A DNA stretch of 63,864 nucleotides, counting the filler, from Dugesia japonica (taxonomy: Eukaryota): assembly GCA_001938525.1 (NCBI GenBank). It is 5 parts of 5 records of this genome, joined end to end, with 100 filler letters (N's around TTAATTAATTAA, not from the genome) between each part and the next. Parts side by side here need not be neighbours in the genome. Positions count along the whole stretch, not along the records: positions 9,145 to 26,254 come from MQRL01634372.1; 4 more parts are not named here. One strand, written 5' to 3'. Shown piece after piece: positions 11,368-24,828 of the stretch. Both the position numbers and the translations under genes were made by a program. Numbering within the stretch: the first letter of the stretch is position 1; each line of letters begins with the position of its first letter. Below the pieces are notes generated by a model. The model searched no databases. It was not told where the DNA came from and worked only from the letters and a program-made list of their open reading frames with translations.

Positions 11368-12609
11368 ATGAGTATTCTACAGTTCATTTGGGTTGGAGAC
11401 TTAGATGAAACAAAAACACAAAGACTTCAAAATCCGCAAGCATTATCTTACGATCGATGCCATCCTAAGAAAATGATAGTCAGACAAGATAAAAAAGAAA
11501 CACGTATTGGACGAAAAAATTCTAAAATGCCCCCAGATTACGCATTGGAAAGTGCAGTTAGCAATCGAATGATCTCTCGGAACCATGTCACTATTGAAAG
11601 ATTAAGTAAAGGAAATTACATGCTTTATGATCACAGTTTAAATGGAACATACGTTAATTTTGTTCGTGTTATTGGTGGAACTATTCTTAAACACGAAGAC
11701 GTTGTGTGCTTTGGTCATATTAATGGTGCAAATATTAAACCTGGAGAATCAGTTACACCGTTCGCAACTGATTTGAAATATCGTGTGGAAATAATCGATA
11801 AAGTTAGTGGACCTAATGAAAAATCTAGTGGTTCAATTCGAAAAGGAGATAATTATTCACAATCAGAATCTAGTCAATATGAAGAGACTGCTGCTACAGA
11901 GCAAAAGCAGCAGAAAAAAGCAAAACATAAGCCATTGAGTGATAAAACGAAAAAAATCAAAGTAGTCAAGCGTGAATCAGATGAATCAGATAGATCTTCG
12001 GATTCATCTGAAAGCAGTAACAATAATCTTAGTAATAGTTATAAAAAACAAAAGAAACCAGTGGATTTATCGTCAGTATCTAGTTCTGAAGATGACAGAT
12101 TAAAAAGTACAAGTAAAGATCGCCAGTTTACTAAAAAATCTACAGATAAACAAAAGAAACATTCCACGATGCCAGAGTCACGTTTTAATGATTTATCGGT
12201 TCGCAAGCGTAAATCCGGTAACGAAAATAACACAAACTCTAAAATGAGTTTCAAAAAATCTCACGAATCTAAAAGACCGATGAAAACCGATGAAGATCGT
12301 CGAATGTTATCATCGGGTGTAAAAGATCGAAAAATGCATTTAAATCAGAAATCCAATTCAAAACCGAAATATTCAGATAATAATGGAAATTCTAACACGA
12401 ATAAATCGATGAAACGAAATGTAAACTTGAATTCCAATTACGATTATGAAGAATGCAGTGCTCATCCATGTTTACGGCCTGATGGTGAGAATTTAATCGA
12501 TTGGATTATGTGTGATAAATGCACTCAATGGTTTCATCAATCATGTGTTGGTCTTGACGAAGCCGTAGAAGATGACGAGAGTTACTATTGTCCATATTGT
12601 GTTCATTGA
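11368..12609 (+). CDS. TCF19: FHA-domain / PHD-finger nuclear protein (TCF19-like)
   Basis: Intact 413 aa. FHA motifs RIGR, ISRNH, DHSLNGTYVN, LKHEDVVCFG; S/K-rich linker; C-terminal PHD CSAHPC..WIMCDKCTQWFHQSCVGL..YYCPYC. ATG directly follows a tttttag acceptor. Orthology is inferred from domain architecture only. Confidence 0.75.
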   Translation: MSILQFIWVGDLDETKTQRLQNPQALSYDRCHPKKMIVRQDKKETRIGRKNSKMPPDYALESAVSNRMISRNHVTIERLSKGNYMLYDHSLNGTYVNFVRVIGGTILKHEDVVCFGHINGANIKPGESVTPFATDLKYRVEIIDKVSGPNEKSSGSIRKGDNYSQSESSQYEETAATEQKQQKKAKHKPLSDKTKKIKVVKRESDESDRSSDSSESSNNNLSNSYKKQKKPVDLSSVSSSEDDRLKSTSKDRQFTKKSTDKQKKHSTMPESRFNDLSVRKRKSGNENNTNSKMSFKKSHESKRPMKTDEDRRMLSSGVKDRKMHLNQKSNSKPKYSDNNGNSNTNKSMKRNVNLNSNYDYEECSAHPCLRPDGENLIDWIMCDKCTQWFHQSCVGLDEAVEDDESYYCPYCVH

Positions 12610-14879
12610 AAAATTTTTCCCTCCACTAAAAAATCACAAAAAGTTATTGATATTAATAATATTATTATTTCATTTTCCAATATTAAATTGCGGCCACCTT
12701 AATTGTTTACTTATTAAATTTAGAGAGTAGTATAAATGGCACTAAATTTATTTTTCATTCTAGCTGTAATTGTAACAACATATTGATATTAATATTGATG
12801 ATGATGATGACTTGATATGAAATAATGTAATAAGCCCATGTCTATAATTGACCATAATTTGTTCGATTTTTTTTTCAATTTAACTATAAATAATGTTTTT
12901 TTTTCATAAGAAAATGATCATCGATAAAAATGCATTTATTATGCTGATCTTATAATGTTTAATGTGTCGATCCGAGTTTATCTGTATAATATGTCTGTTT
13001 ATATTGTCTTTACTCGATGATATTGATATTATTATTATTATTACTACTTGTTTTATTATTTACCAAAGTTAAATTAATTCAGTTTAAGGTTTGGTCGTTA
13101 TTTCTTGATGTACATATTATTATTATTACGAAACAATTTTGTGATTATTGGATATCGGCTGGCGGCAATTTTATTGTTGCGCAATGTTGGTAATTTAGAA
13201 AATTTTCAGCGTTTTTCTACTCGAGTGAAATATTCCAATTCAATCTGCATGTTCTAAATGATACTTGTTATTATTATACTTCAGTCATGCCGAATTCAGA
13301 TGTAGAATTAAATTTTTGACAATTTGTTTGTTTTTAATTTAACTGTCATAATAATTTAATTTTTAATTGATGATGAGTTTATTTGATTTTATGACGGTAT
13401 TTTCCTGGAAGAATGTTTTTTTTCAGGTTAGACCTTCAGTCTGAATAAAACAGGCAGAAGTTGTAATTTAGAGTCTAGACTAATAATTATTTCTATTTTT
13501 CAAATATTTTTTGATATCTTCCTTAAATAATGAAATTTCCTTCAGTTTTTTATTTTAATTAATCCATTTTATTTTTTGGTCTATAATAGTTTCGCATTTT
13601 TGTTTTATATCGATAATTAAATTCTGTATTTAAACCCAATAATTATAAAAAAATATACAGAATAAATAAGTTGGGATTTCAATTTTTATGTTTTAACTTT
13701 CACTCTCACTCATTTTCCTTATTCTACTTTGTAAGTGTCTAAGAGGTAACTTAAAATCCGCAATTATTTACGACACTTTGTGTCACACACCCAGCGAGAC
13801 TTTACGGTATTTCGTCTTATCATACTATTGATTACAAATACCCCAATTACCTAATCATAATTTTCTCTATGTTCAATTTTAAAGCACACAAAAGAACGGA
13901 ATATAAAATCTTACGGCCATAAACCAAAATTCGATCAACAAAATACACTAGTTCTAACCTTTATTTCCAGGAAATATTTTTGGTTAACCGGTCAACATCA
14001 ACAATCTCTTCTCTTGCTTAATTTCACTTCTTCTCAGCCTGGTACATATTCCAGAGAATGGCGAACAATACTGACTCCATCTCGACGTATGTTTTGATGA
14101 CATCAGCTGGTTAGCTTGCTTGAGAATCAATTCGCTCTCCTTGCGCTACATATGTCTTGTTTTTGATTTCGTATTGATACTCTTTAATCACAACTCTTCC
14201 ATTCTCATCTGCCTTTTTCCTTCTTCTAATCTAATACTTCTTTCTTGGTCTTTATTTCCTAATTCTTATTAGACATTAAATTATTATATGTTGAAATCTT
14301 GTTAACATTATAATAATGGCACAAAATGAATTCAATAATTAGAATTTAAATTTAATAACATACAAAACTGATGTGTCAAACAATGCATCGGTTAGTAGCG
14401 ATCCCAGAATCGGCGGCAAATAAGAGAAATAACCAACTGTGAAGTTATGAAAGGCAGATTCAGAAAAATTAGACAAGCTTAAGAAAAGAAGGTCATAAAG
14501 ATATCATCTATCACATTACTGTAGTCTATACAAAATCTCCTGCGTCTCCTTTGTAAGTATTTTATTTCAATGAGTGCGATGTGAACGTTCAGTTTATTGA
14601 GTATTACGAAACTAAGCGGTTTAAATTAACTTGCTGTTAATAATACACTAAATATTTCACAGTAAAATCAATTAAGCTGATTTTTCTATGTAAGGTCAAA
14701 ATATTTCCAGAGCCATACAAGAATTTTTAAGGATTTATTCCAGCGTTTTCGAGTTGGAAAGAATAGATATTTTCAGAAAGCGTACGATTGAATGCCTCAT
14801 TATTCGAAGACTTGAAAAGTAACATAAATCAATATTAATATTGTCAAACTAGTTTGAAACACTATTTTATAACATAATA

Positions 14880-15180
14880 AACAATGTTGATAAATTCCAC
14901 TTTTGAATATTGTAATTAAGTTGATTTATTTCAAAGAAGACTCAAAAGACGGAAGAAGATAAACTTGATTTAAAGTTTAGGAAAAGATTCACAAAGAGAA
15001 GACTAATTCACTGAATTAAATTTGCTTATGAATTTTAACTTATCAAAATAAATCTAGGCGAAACAAAAAATATTTCAAAAACATCAATATAGTGAATGGG
15101 TAATAAAAAACAAAAACAAATAAAGCTAGAAACAATGAAAATTACAAGCAACAACAAAAAAGAACAAACTAATTCATGTT
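14880..15180 (+). mobile_element. Penelope-like RT C-terminal remnant
   Basis: Decayed KIPLLNIVI...LKFRKRFTKRRLIH resembles the PLE LPFLDVxI...VYRKPT region. Confidence 0.35.
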
Positions 15181-16329
15181 TTTCTTAAGTTTCATTTTAG
15201 ATTAAATTTATGGAGTTTAGGTAAAACTTTTACTTCAAATTTATTTAAATTAATTAATTGATTAATTCAAATTTATTAATTGATTTATTAAATATGCTTA
15301 AAAATATAAGATATAAAAAAGGAAAGAAAAAATTGACATTTATTTTATTTTATTATAGTTTTAACGAGTTGATAACAAAATTTTGGATTTATCATTGNNN
15401 NNNNNNNNNNNNNNNNNNNNNNNNNNNNNNNNNNNNNNNNNAAACCGTGTACATCTGTATCCCATTGAATTCTTAAAAACTTTCGAAGTAAGAGGTGCAC
15501 CACTCAGGGCCGCTGGGGTGCCAGGTAAAAGTTGCCGCCCTCAGTAAGCTTTAATTACTTTAGTTTAAATTTAATATTTTGCATAATAAAACAATTACAT
15601 ATTTTGCATATTTTCATCAACAAAACAAAGGTAGATACACAATGGTAAAAAAACAAATATAAAATAAACATAACGACTAACAACATATGATGAATACTGA
15701 ACAAGTAAAATAAAATGTATCCAAAAGTTTATTATAAAAAATTACATAGTAAATTTTACTTAAAAATTCACTTTTCTTGCCTTTTTGAGCGCGAATTCAT
15801 TAATTAAATTTAATATGTCTACATCTGTAGCTATTTTATTTTCAGTACTGATTAAAAACAGATTTTTTAATCGTTCTTGTCACATAGTAGATCTTAAATA
15901 TTTTTTTATCTCTGTTGGGTTTCTAGGATTTTGATGTTCTAAGTAATTTTCTCCTCTCGAATTCCATTCACATATATTTATCAATTTCATCAATCTAGGG
16001 GCATACCTAGAAACTTCAAGCGTTTATGTCACCTCTGTGACATGCCCCTTCATTCCACGGGTTCAGCACGACTTTGCGGTATCGCGTCTTTACTCATAGC
16101 TCTTGTGCCTTGTGCTCTGTTTATGCTCAGTGACATCTTTCTTTTATCTTTCCTCCGTAAATCATCATTAACAACTGAAGAAGACAATGGGTCATACAGA
16201 ATACCACAATTAAAGTACACGATGGTCTTAAATAATCAAAATGAACTGAACAAAATCCCCTTTTATAACGTTTGTTATATAAAAAAAATAAAANNNNNNN
16301 NNNNNNNNNNNNNNNNNNNNNNATCATAA

Positions 16330-17900
16330 TTCGTAATGGTAATATTCCAAATCTTTGGCCTGCGGCCTATTATTTCTTCGTCCCCTTTTCTAGAATGCGA
16401 ACGCGGGACGATATCACTATCTTTCTGCGTTCCAACTACTTCGGAACTCTCATAATAGTTTCCCTATCAATATATAATCAAAACGATAATAGCGTTAGAC
16501 AATTTAAGTTGTGGGGTTGAGTGCCTCACTATAGTACTCCCGTTTACCACTTTAAACGAAATTTATCCCAAAACTTAGATTTAAACTAAATTGAAAACTA
16601 TATCGTAACTAATCACAATAATCTAAAGAACCAAACTTTATGATAACTCATTTAATTAATCTAAATTAAAAAAAAAGACTTTATCGTAAATAAATCATAA
16701 AAAAATTTATAATCAAGTTATAATTTGTCTTTATAAAACCAATAATTAACTGATTTACGAAAATAAAATAAAATAAAATTTTAAAACTTTATTGAGTAAT
16801 GTATAAAATCATATTTACAAGAGACATTCAACCCCACACTCTGTCTCGAACCAAAAGATGACAAGACTCGCAAAATCAGAACATGGTTGTGACCAAGTCC
16901 TCATAATGATGCACAGCAATTTTTTTCCCTCCACCTCACTTCTCATTAAATTTCATTTCACCTTTGGTTACTCCTAAGCCTTATTTCTTGTCAATTTTCA
17001 TCAGTTTTTCTCATTAAATATCGACACCGAATTTTGGAAACTTTCATTGAATTTTTCATCAACTTTCCAACCTCCTCTCGTGATGCTTTTTTTTCAACAA
17101 CATTTCTCGCCAATTTGGGTACCCTTGCGAGTTATCTTTTTCAACTCTATTTCTCATGAATTCTACACAAATTTTATAATAACTTTATAATTAACTTTCA
17201 GCATATGTTTGTCATAATTCCCGCTTGACTTTGCCACAAATGTTCATCAGAAGTTCTCTTCAAATTTCAGTATAATTTTAGGTTGATTTTATTTCTACTT
17301 TGCCACAAATTTCTGTCAAAATCTGTATTTAAATTTCAGCATAATTTTGGCTTGATTTTCTTTTTGACTTTCAACATCTCGGTAGCACGATCAAAGGGGT
17401 AGGATGCCACTCTGAATTAAATAAATAAAATCAAAATTTACTTTAAATCAGTTGGATTTTCATGATGAGTAAATTTAACTTCATGAAATCAATAACCAAA
17501 GATTTTTCAAATAGATTAAAATTTTTATAATAATAATAGTTGACAAAGACAAAAAAAAGTGATTATTTGCTTGCATTTCTATTTTATTCTGACGAGATGT
17601 TTCAAAATTGGTGACCCACCACTGATCAGGCAATCGTTATATTTTATTTCAAGTTCTGCTTATTTCATTAGCCCTCCTGTTGTTATCGATATGGTGCACC
17701 TCTCTATTTCTCGTTGGTGTGCCCCGAGTTTGTATGTTCCCTTTTTAGCTCTTCTCCTGATTTGAGTGGCTGCAGATTTGGTTTTTCAAATTCTGTGTTG
17801 TCATGCTAACTTTCTTTGTTAGCTATTTCGTTTTTTGTTAGATTTCGCTTGATTCAGCATTTGGAAAATCGTATGATTTCAGTGCCTGGACCACTTATTT
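16330..17900 (-). mobile_element. Possible internally deleted LTR retrotransposon remnant
   Basis: Minus strand shows a PBS-like TGGCATCC (~17405), a decayed coiled-coil frame, and a PPT-like GTGGGGTTGAA|TG (~16830). Confidence 0.3.
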
Positions 17901-18252
17901 ATTGCATTAATTAATGCAAATTAAAGATTGTTATAATTACTATTTTAAATAAAATGGTCGCAGAGGTCCTCTAATATATTATTATAGTAATGTAACTTAT
18001 TTTTATTATATATTTCATCATTTTCTTAGCATTTATCTACAAAATTATTTCCCTCTTCCAAATTAGGGTCCTCTACGCTAAAATTTCATTTCTCTGAATC
18101 CATATAATAATTTCATAATATTTGTAATAATAGTAATAATATAATAATAATTATAAGAATAATAATAATAATAATANNNNNNNNNNNNNNNNNNNNNNNN
18201 NNNNNNNNNNNNNNNNNNNNNNNNNNNNNNNNNNNNNNNNNNNNNNNNNNNN

Positions 18253-18319
<67 letters not shown>

Positions 18320-18780
18320 TATTCAATTTTCTGGTCCAGCACTTGTCTTATTCTCCTTCATTTTCATTTACAGATATTTTCTTTTAGTAACTTTATATTA
18401 TAAATTTTGATTTCGTCTCTCGTTATATTTTATATTTCTTTACATTTGTCGAGATAAACTATTAACATCATTTTTCCCGTTCAATAATTGCGCTTTAGCC
18501 CAACATCTCTATTCAATTCTAGTAACTTATAAATGTCATTTAGAAAATGAAAAGTTTCGTTATGAACTGTTATTTGCTCAAATCTTTCCTCTATTTTTGA
18601 TATTGCTGTATCTAAAATAGTGAAATAAAAATTAACTTTATAATTTTCTAATTGTAAATGAGAACTTTCATCCATATTTTTATACGTAAACATTTTCTTT
18701 TCTTTAAGAGTTCTTATAATATCAATCACTAGGAACTTGGTTTCACAATAAAACTCCTGTATCTCCCCATTTAAGCTTTG

Positions 18781-21200
18781 NCCACTGTCTTTTAATGTAA
18801 TCTGTTTATTTTTCTATACCAGCGTGATACAACAGTTTGTGTATCCTTGACACTTCCTTATTACACCATTCCGAATTTCTTTCTCAATTTTCATCGGAGT
18901 TACTGTTTATAACATTCTTGCCTTAATCTTGCCTTTTGCTGCGCCTTTATAATACATCTAACACAGAGTACAATTATCACACTCAGGTCGTAATAACATA
19001 TTTGTATTACTGTGCAATTTCCCTTTTCTATAATGTACCTCCATTACCAATCTGCTCAAATAGTTCACTCACGCCTGAACTTGTGTTGTTAATGGTTCTT
19101 TTGTTCCTAACATAAAGTGATGGCTTTATGGTCCGTTCTGAGTCTAAATTGTTTTCCATAAAGATAATGTTTGAAAAAATTGCAAAAATAATATACTGCC
19201 AGCAACTCCTTTATTGTAGTACAATAACCTTTCTCATGACTGGTCATTGAATGCGATCCACACGTAATGACTCTTTATTTGCACATCTAGTCATTCTGGT
19301 AAAATAGTATTGCCCATATTTCGTCAAAAAAGCAGTTGTTTCTTGAGAATTCCTTTCTAGTTCTACCTGGTAATATGCATTACCAAAATAAATCGATTTA
19401 AAATATCTATTCCCATGTAACGCGTCCAACATCTCATCTATATTTGTCATAGGAAATGCTTGTCTTTCAGTTATCGCATTTAATCTCCAAAAATTCAAGT
19501 AAAGTCTAATATCCTTTTTTCTTTCTTCCAGATACATACTAACGGCCCATTCCACGGTGAAATACACTTCCGAATAATTCTATTCCGAATCGTCTCTTCA
19601 ACATGGTTTTCTAGTTGTAATGGAATTCTATATGGTTTCCCTTTGATTGGCTCTCTATTTGTCACAATTCTATGTTTAGCAAAATGAATACAACCTACTT
19701 CCTATTTCGACGCCATAAAAACATTTACTCTCCTCTTACAAATCGTTTGTAATTTACTTCCATCTACAATACCTGTCGTTTTTTTAAATCTTTCTTATCT
19801 ATCTAATTCTGCAGCTTCCTAACCAAATCTTCCTTCAATGGTTTCTTTCAATTCTCCATTTGCTTTACTTTCTTTCTTAAGTTGAAACCCAACAATGTGT
19901 TGAACATTTATTCCTCCAATAACAACTGGATACACACTTTCCGCTACTATAAATTCAACTTCTGCTTTTTTCTCTCAAAGCAGAACTCCCAATCGTATCT
20001 TCCCTTTAATATTTAAGCGACTACTATTTGCACAATGTGACTTTAACCCACTAGTTCCACNTTTACTTCAGGCAATTTCTCTAAGCATGACTCGTTAATT
20101 ACATTAATACGAGCTCCCGTATCCAAGAGACATTCCATTACAACTCCACCAATAATTATTGATTTACTTGATCTGCCCTGCATTTTATCGAAACTTATTT
20201 CTACTTGTTGACCTCCTGACAATACTCCCACCCATTCATCAACATTACCCGCATGAAACTTCTGATTTTTAAGAAAAATATATATTTTCTTAAAGATTCT
20301 CTCTCTATTTTCTTACTTCTCTAGTCTATGAAGACCTTCCTTGATTAAAGTTTCTAATAAATGACTCAAACCACTCTTTGTTCGCTTTTTCCATTTTGTC
20401 TACCTTCCAATATGTTTTTCCACCTTATTCTCGGCATCTTGATGCTCTGTGACTGATCCTATCACATTAAAAACATCTCTCTTTTTTATACTATATTCTT
20501 ACGTGTCTCATTTCTCCGCATTCAAAACATCTCTTTTGTTCTCTTTGTGAGCAATCTCTACTTAGGTGACCTCGTCGTTTGCATGTCTAACATTATCTAT
20601 ACTAATTTATTGAGATCTGTGTTCTCATGTAACCTTTTCTATGACATCCCCGACACTTTATCTCCCGTCTTAAGTTTTTACCATTTACTTGTCGAGTGTC
20701 TACTCGTCTTGATTCCGTTTTCTGTGTACTCACTACTCTCGCGTAGCTACGTATCATGTTAATTTGCTCTCTTTTTTTCGTACTCGATTTAGTAGAACTA
20801 GTGTTTCCTTAATTTCCTCCAGAGTTTCTAACTTCCGCAATATTAACTCTCCTTCTACTTTTCTGTTTTCAGACCACACCAGCAACTTAGCAACTAACTT
20901 TTCTTTTGTGAAATCTTAATTCTTAAATATTCTGTCCACCATAGATTCTATCGTCTTGATATATACGTCTATCTTCATATTATCCCTTTTCAGATTAACC
21001 AAGTTCTGTAACTCGTGAATAATATCTTTTTCNNNNNNNNNNNNNNNNNNNNNNNNNNNNNNAAAGCCACCTGTTTTCTTCGCAGTTTTAACATAATCTT
21101 CTACCAAATCCTCATCAAGAAGGCATAAAACCAATATTTTTTCTTCTTTTTTTGAAAAATTACTTTAGCATCGAAAAATAATTCGCATCTTTTATTCATT
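18781..21200 (-). mobile_element. Ty3/Gypsy retrotransposon remnant (gag, protease, RT, RNase H)
   Basis: gag 20916-21134 is similar to 51765; CFECG knuckle ~20520; protease CLLDTGA (20043-20231); RT RLNAIT..FPMTNIDEMLD..AYYQV..TAF (19244-19567); RNase H KELLAV..FKHYLYG..RTDH. Confidence 0.9.
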
Positions 21201-21505
21201 ATAATTATATGGCGGATGCACATCTTAGTTATCTTAATATCTTATTAATAGGGACCATATATATTAATTTAGGTTTTTAATGAAAAATAGAGTTGCACCC
21301 ATAGTGCATTGCTGCATACTCCAGACTTGCAGTGCACTGTACAATCTGTACAAAGTCAAAGTGTTAGTGTACATACCAACCAATACAATCTCTGCAGCCT
21401 CTGCTGCATTAGCCTGAATATGTATAATAAGCATACACAATTTATCGCAATTCGCAATTTCGCATTATCACGAGTATTCATTAACTTGAAAAATAATTTT
21501 ATTTT

Positions 21506-21549
<44 letters not shown>

Positions 21550-22072
21550 AAAACAAACGATTTGTTTGAGAAATTTTATTTTAATTAATTATATTTTTTA
21601 TAGAAAACAATATTAACAAAACTATATTTAATAAATTAATTTAAAAATACGGTTGATAAACTATATATAATATTTTGTTTCAAAAAGAAATGCAGTTAGC
21701 AGAAACAAATATTAAGGTAGTTATTCACCAAAATATCTAACACGCATATTTCAATAAAATTGAAATATCTTGAAGGTAATATTGATAGAAAACTTCCTGC
21801 CAAATTTGAATAAGATTTACCGTTTAGTTTACAAGATAGAGAATTAAAGTTGAATAATTTTAACATTGGTTCTAATGTGAGAAGCTGAAAATCTCGAGCA
21901 TTAATTTATATTACAAGCGTTTTAACCAAAAAATTTCGATGAGACTTACCATGCATAAAGTTTAATATTTTATAAATATGTGTACACAGGCCAGAAATTA
22001 TTAACCGTAAAATTAAAGAATATGCTACAAATACATATAATAATATTAACCATCGTTTTATCCTTTTATATT

Positions 22073-24330
22073 TGTAGGAGCAACGCTTGTCAAGTAATAT
22101 CTTTACTTTAACAATGTTACAGTTAGATTTTGTAATTCAAAAGTAGACATCAAAGTTTGTTAAAATATAATAAATCAATAATATTTAAACAAATATGTTT
22201 AAATATTATATCTAACATCCCTCCTTCTTAATCCTTTTGAACATTTGTTTTTTTAGCCTTCGATTCTTCATAGTTTAAGGATTCCAGAATAATTTAAAAG
22301 CACTTGATGTGGACTTAAAAATTTTAATATTTCAAAAGGACCTTGATATATGTATCCATTTGTCTTTAAATTGTGAGGTTTTACATTTACTAGAACTTCT
22401 TCCGCTTCAACAAAATTCCGATGTACTCTTTTATCTGATTCATATTCATTTAGTTTCAGTACTGTATTTTTCAAATTTTTATCAACTAATTCTCTAACTT
22501 CTACACAGCTTGTATTATCATTTAGTCATGATCCATGAATCATAATTTTTCTTCCATAAATTATTTCAAACGGTGATACTCCAGTTGCTTTTGTTGAATT
22601 GCTTTAATTGAAAATTGAATTCGAGTTAATAGCTTATCCCAACTAACTTCTTCACATCCACCTTTTATTGTAGTGACAATCATATCACATAGAGTCCTGA
22701 TCGTTCTTTCAGCAAATCGGTTTGATTGATGTTAGTATGGAGACGAAAATTCTTGGTAATCCCAAATTTCTGAGTCGTTCCTTTCATCAATTTTCCTTCA
22801 AGTATCTTGCCCCTATCTGTTAGTATGAATTTGGGCTTGCCGAATTCTCTTTTATTGATTCAACTACAGATTTTTCATCTTGTTTTGCCATGGTTAAAAG
22901 GCTAACAAGTTTGCTGCATCGATCTATAATGACTAAAACATACTTATTCTTTAATGTTGATTCATCAAAATAAACCATATCAATGACAATCTGTTCTAAT
23001 GCTCCACATTCGGTTCGAGGTAATAAAAATTCTTTTGTCTTGTCTGTATGTTTTTCTTTGATTGCAAATTAAGTATTTTTATAAAACTCATGTTCAATTA
23101 TTCTGAACATATCAGGCCAAAAAAGTGGTTTGAATATATTCCGTTAATTTTCTTGTTCCGAAGTGACATAATTCTTCATGAATGTAATTTATTAAATCAA
23201 CCACTGATTTACCTGCTAAAACAATCCTATTTAAACTTTTATCAAGAAACAGCGATTTATCCTCTTCCATAACGAATTTATCAATATCTCTGAAGTATTT
23301 ACTTTTATTTAAATTTTTACTAACTCGTAAGCTTTGATCTTTAATATATTCAATTATCTCTTTGCTAATTTGATCATCACTTGGAAGTTTTATGATACTT
23401 TCTTTATCATAACTTGAGCTTTCTACAATATTAATTCTTCTAACTCTAGATTTTTCACCTTTTGCATCNTGATGAGTCGTCAAACATTGGGCACATAAAC
23501 TTTCTCCTATTCTTGATAATCCATCAGCATTACTATGATCAATGCCTGTACAAAATTGAAGATCAAAATCAAATTCTGCTAGGTTTGTAATCCCCATCTG
23601 GAACTGTAAACTAATTGGTTTACTTGTTTTTTTTATAAACACTAATGTCTTATGATCAGTTAGGGCGATAAACATTTTTCAATAAAGATAATGCTTGAAA
23701 TAAATCATAAATTCAAATAACGAGATGCATAAGCAATAACAGTTTCCACACCATCTCTCGACAATTGACTCAAAACAGAACCAATTGCATTGAAACTCAC
23801 GTCTGCATCTAATATCATTTTACTTTGAGGGTTTAGAAATGCCAAGATTGGAGAACTACATAACTTTTATTATTCTATTGCTGGCATTTAGCTTGAGTGC
23901 ATTCATTTTTTTATTATCAAGTTTGTTATTTTTGCATATAACATCTTTTGAATCTAGTAAATTAATCTCTTTTATTCCCATTTCAAACGCTTCCATTATA
24001 TCGATACCACCAATAAAATTTCGAAAAATTTCTTTAACAATAATTATTTCTTTCTCAATATGCTTTTTATTCCTAAATAATTTAACTCTAGCTTTTCCTA
24101 TGCATTTTTCAGAAAATACTCCAGCTTGCATTACATTTGAAAATTGAATTTTAGGTGAACCAGTCTTCTTCCAAATTTCCTCACTCATCCCTGAGACAGA
24201 CGCTCCTGAATCTCGTAACATCTTTACACTAATTCCATTACAATTTACACTGCTCCAATTTCTACCATCACGTTTTTGATACATCAGTTTAACATCAGGT
24301 CTCCCATCAATATCTCGATCACCAATGAAA
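22073..24330 (-). mobile_element. Ty3/Gypsy remnant (protease, RNase H, integrase, PPT, short 3' LTR); RT core deleted
   Basis: Protease MLRDSGASVS; RNase H LDADVSFNAIGSVLSQ, TDHK, NADGLSR; integrase HEELCHFG; PPT AAGAAGGAGGGA|TG at 22217; putative LTR 22073-22217. Confidence 0.88.
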
Positions 24331-24499
24331 ACANGGGATTTTAATTTGTTTGAATAAACAAATAGTGTTAAGCATAGTTTTGTTTGAATAAATTTTGTAA
24401 TGAATTCTAGTTCTGATATTAATAATCAGATGAGTTTTTCAAACTTATCTAACAATAAGTATATAATTTGTTCAATTTATTGAAACAGAGCTTGTTCCC

Positions 24500-24828
24500 T
24501 ACTTTGCGATGCATCCAAATAAGTTATTGATAATGGANAATGCCAAGTGTTTAAATCTACACAAGTTCAAACATATTTACGCTACAACAATATAAACTAT
24601 AAATACATAGTTCCATATTCTCCTCAGTTAAATCCCATTGAAGAATGTTTTTCAATGATTAAGAATAAATTTCGTGCTTTTAAATCGAAAAATCCCGATG
24701 CATTGGTGCAAGACTGTTTGAACGACATTCTATCACCAAATTTTAATTATAGTGATGAATGTGAGAATTTTTATTGTAATATGAGAAGATGGTTGGAAAA
24801 AGCGAGAAGAAAAGAACATTTTATCTAA
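24500..24828 (+). mobile_element. Tc1/IS630-family transposase C-terminal fragment
   Basis: VIDN...YIVPYSPQLNPIEECFSMIK matches the DDE motif PYSPxLNPIE. Confidence 0.85.

Noticed and set aside
13730-14150. TG...CA bounded segment resembling a solo LTR
   Set aside because: No matching TSD or second copy in the window.
17588-17630. CTGACGA hammerhead-like box
   Set aside because: No properly placed GAAA or stem I.
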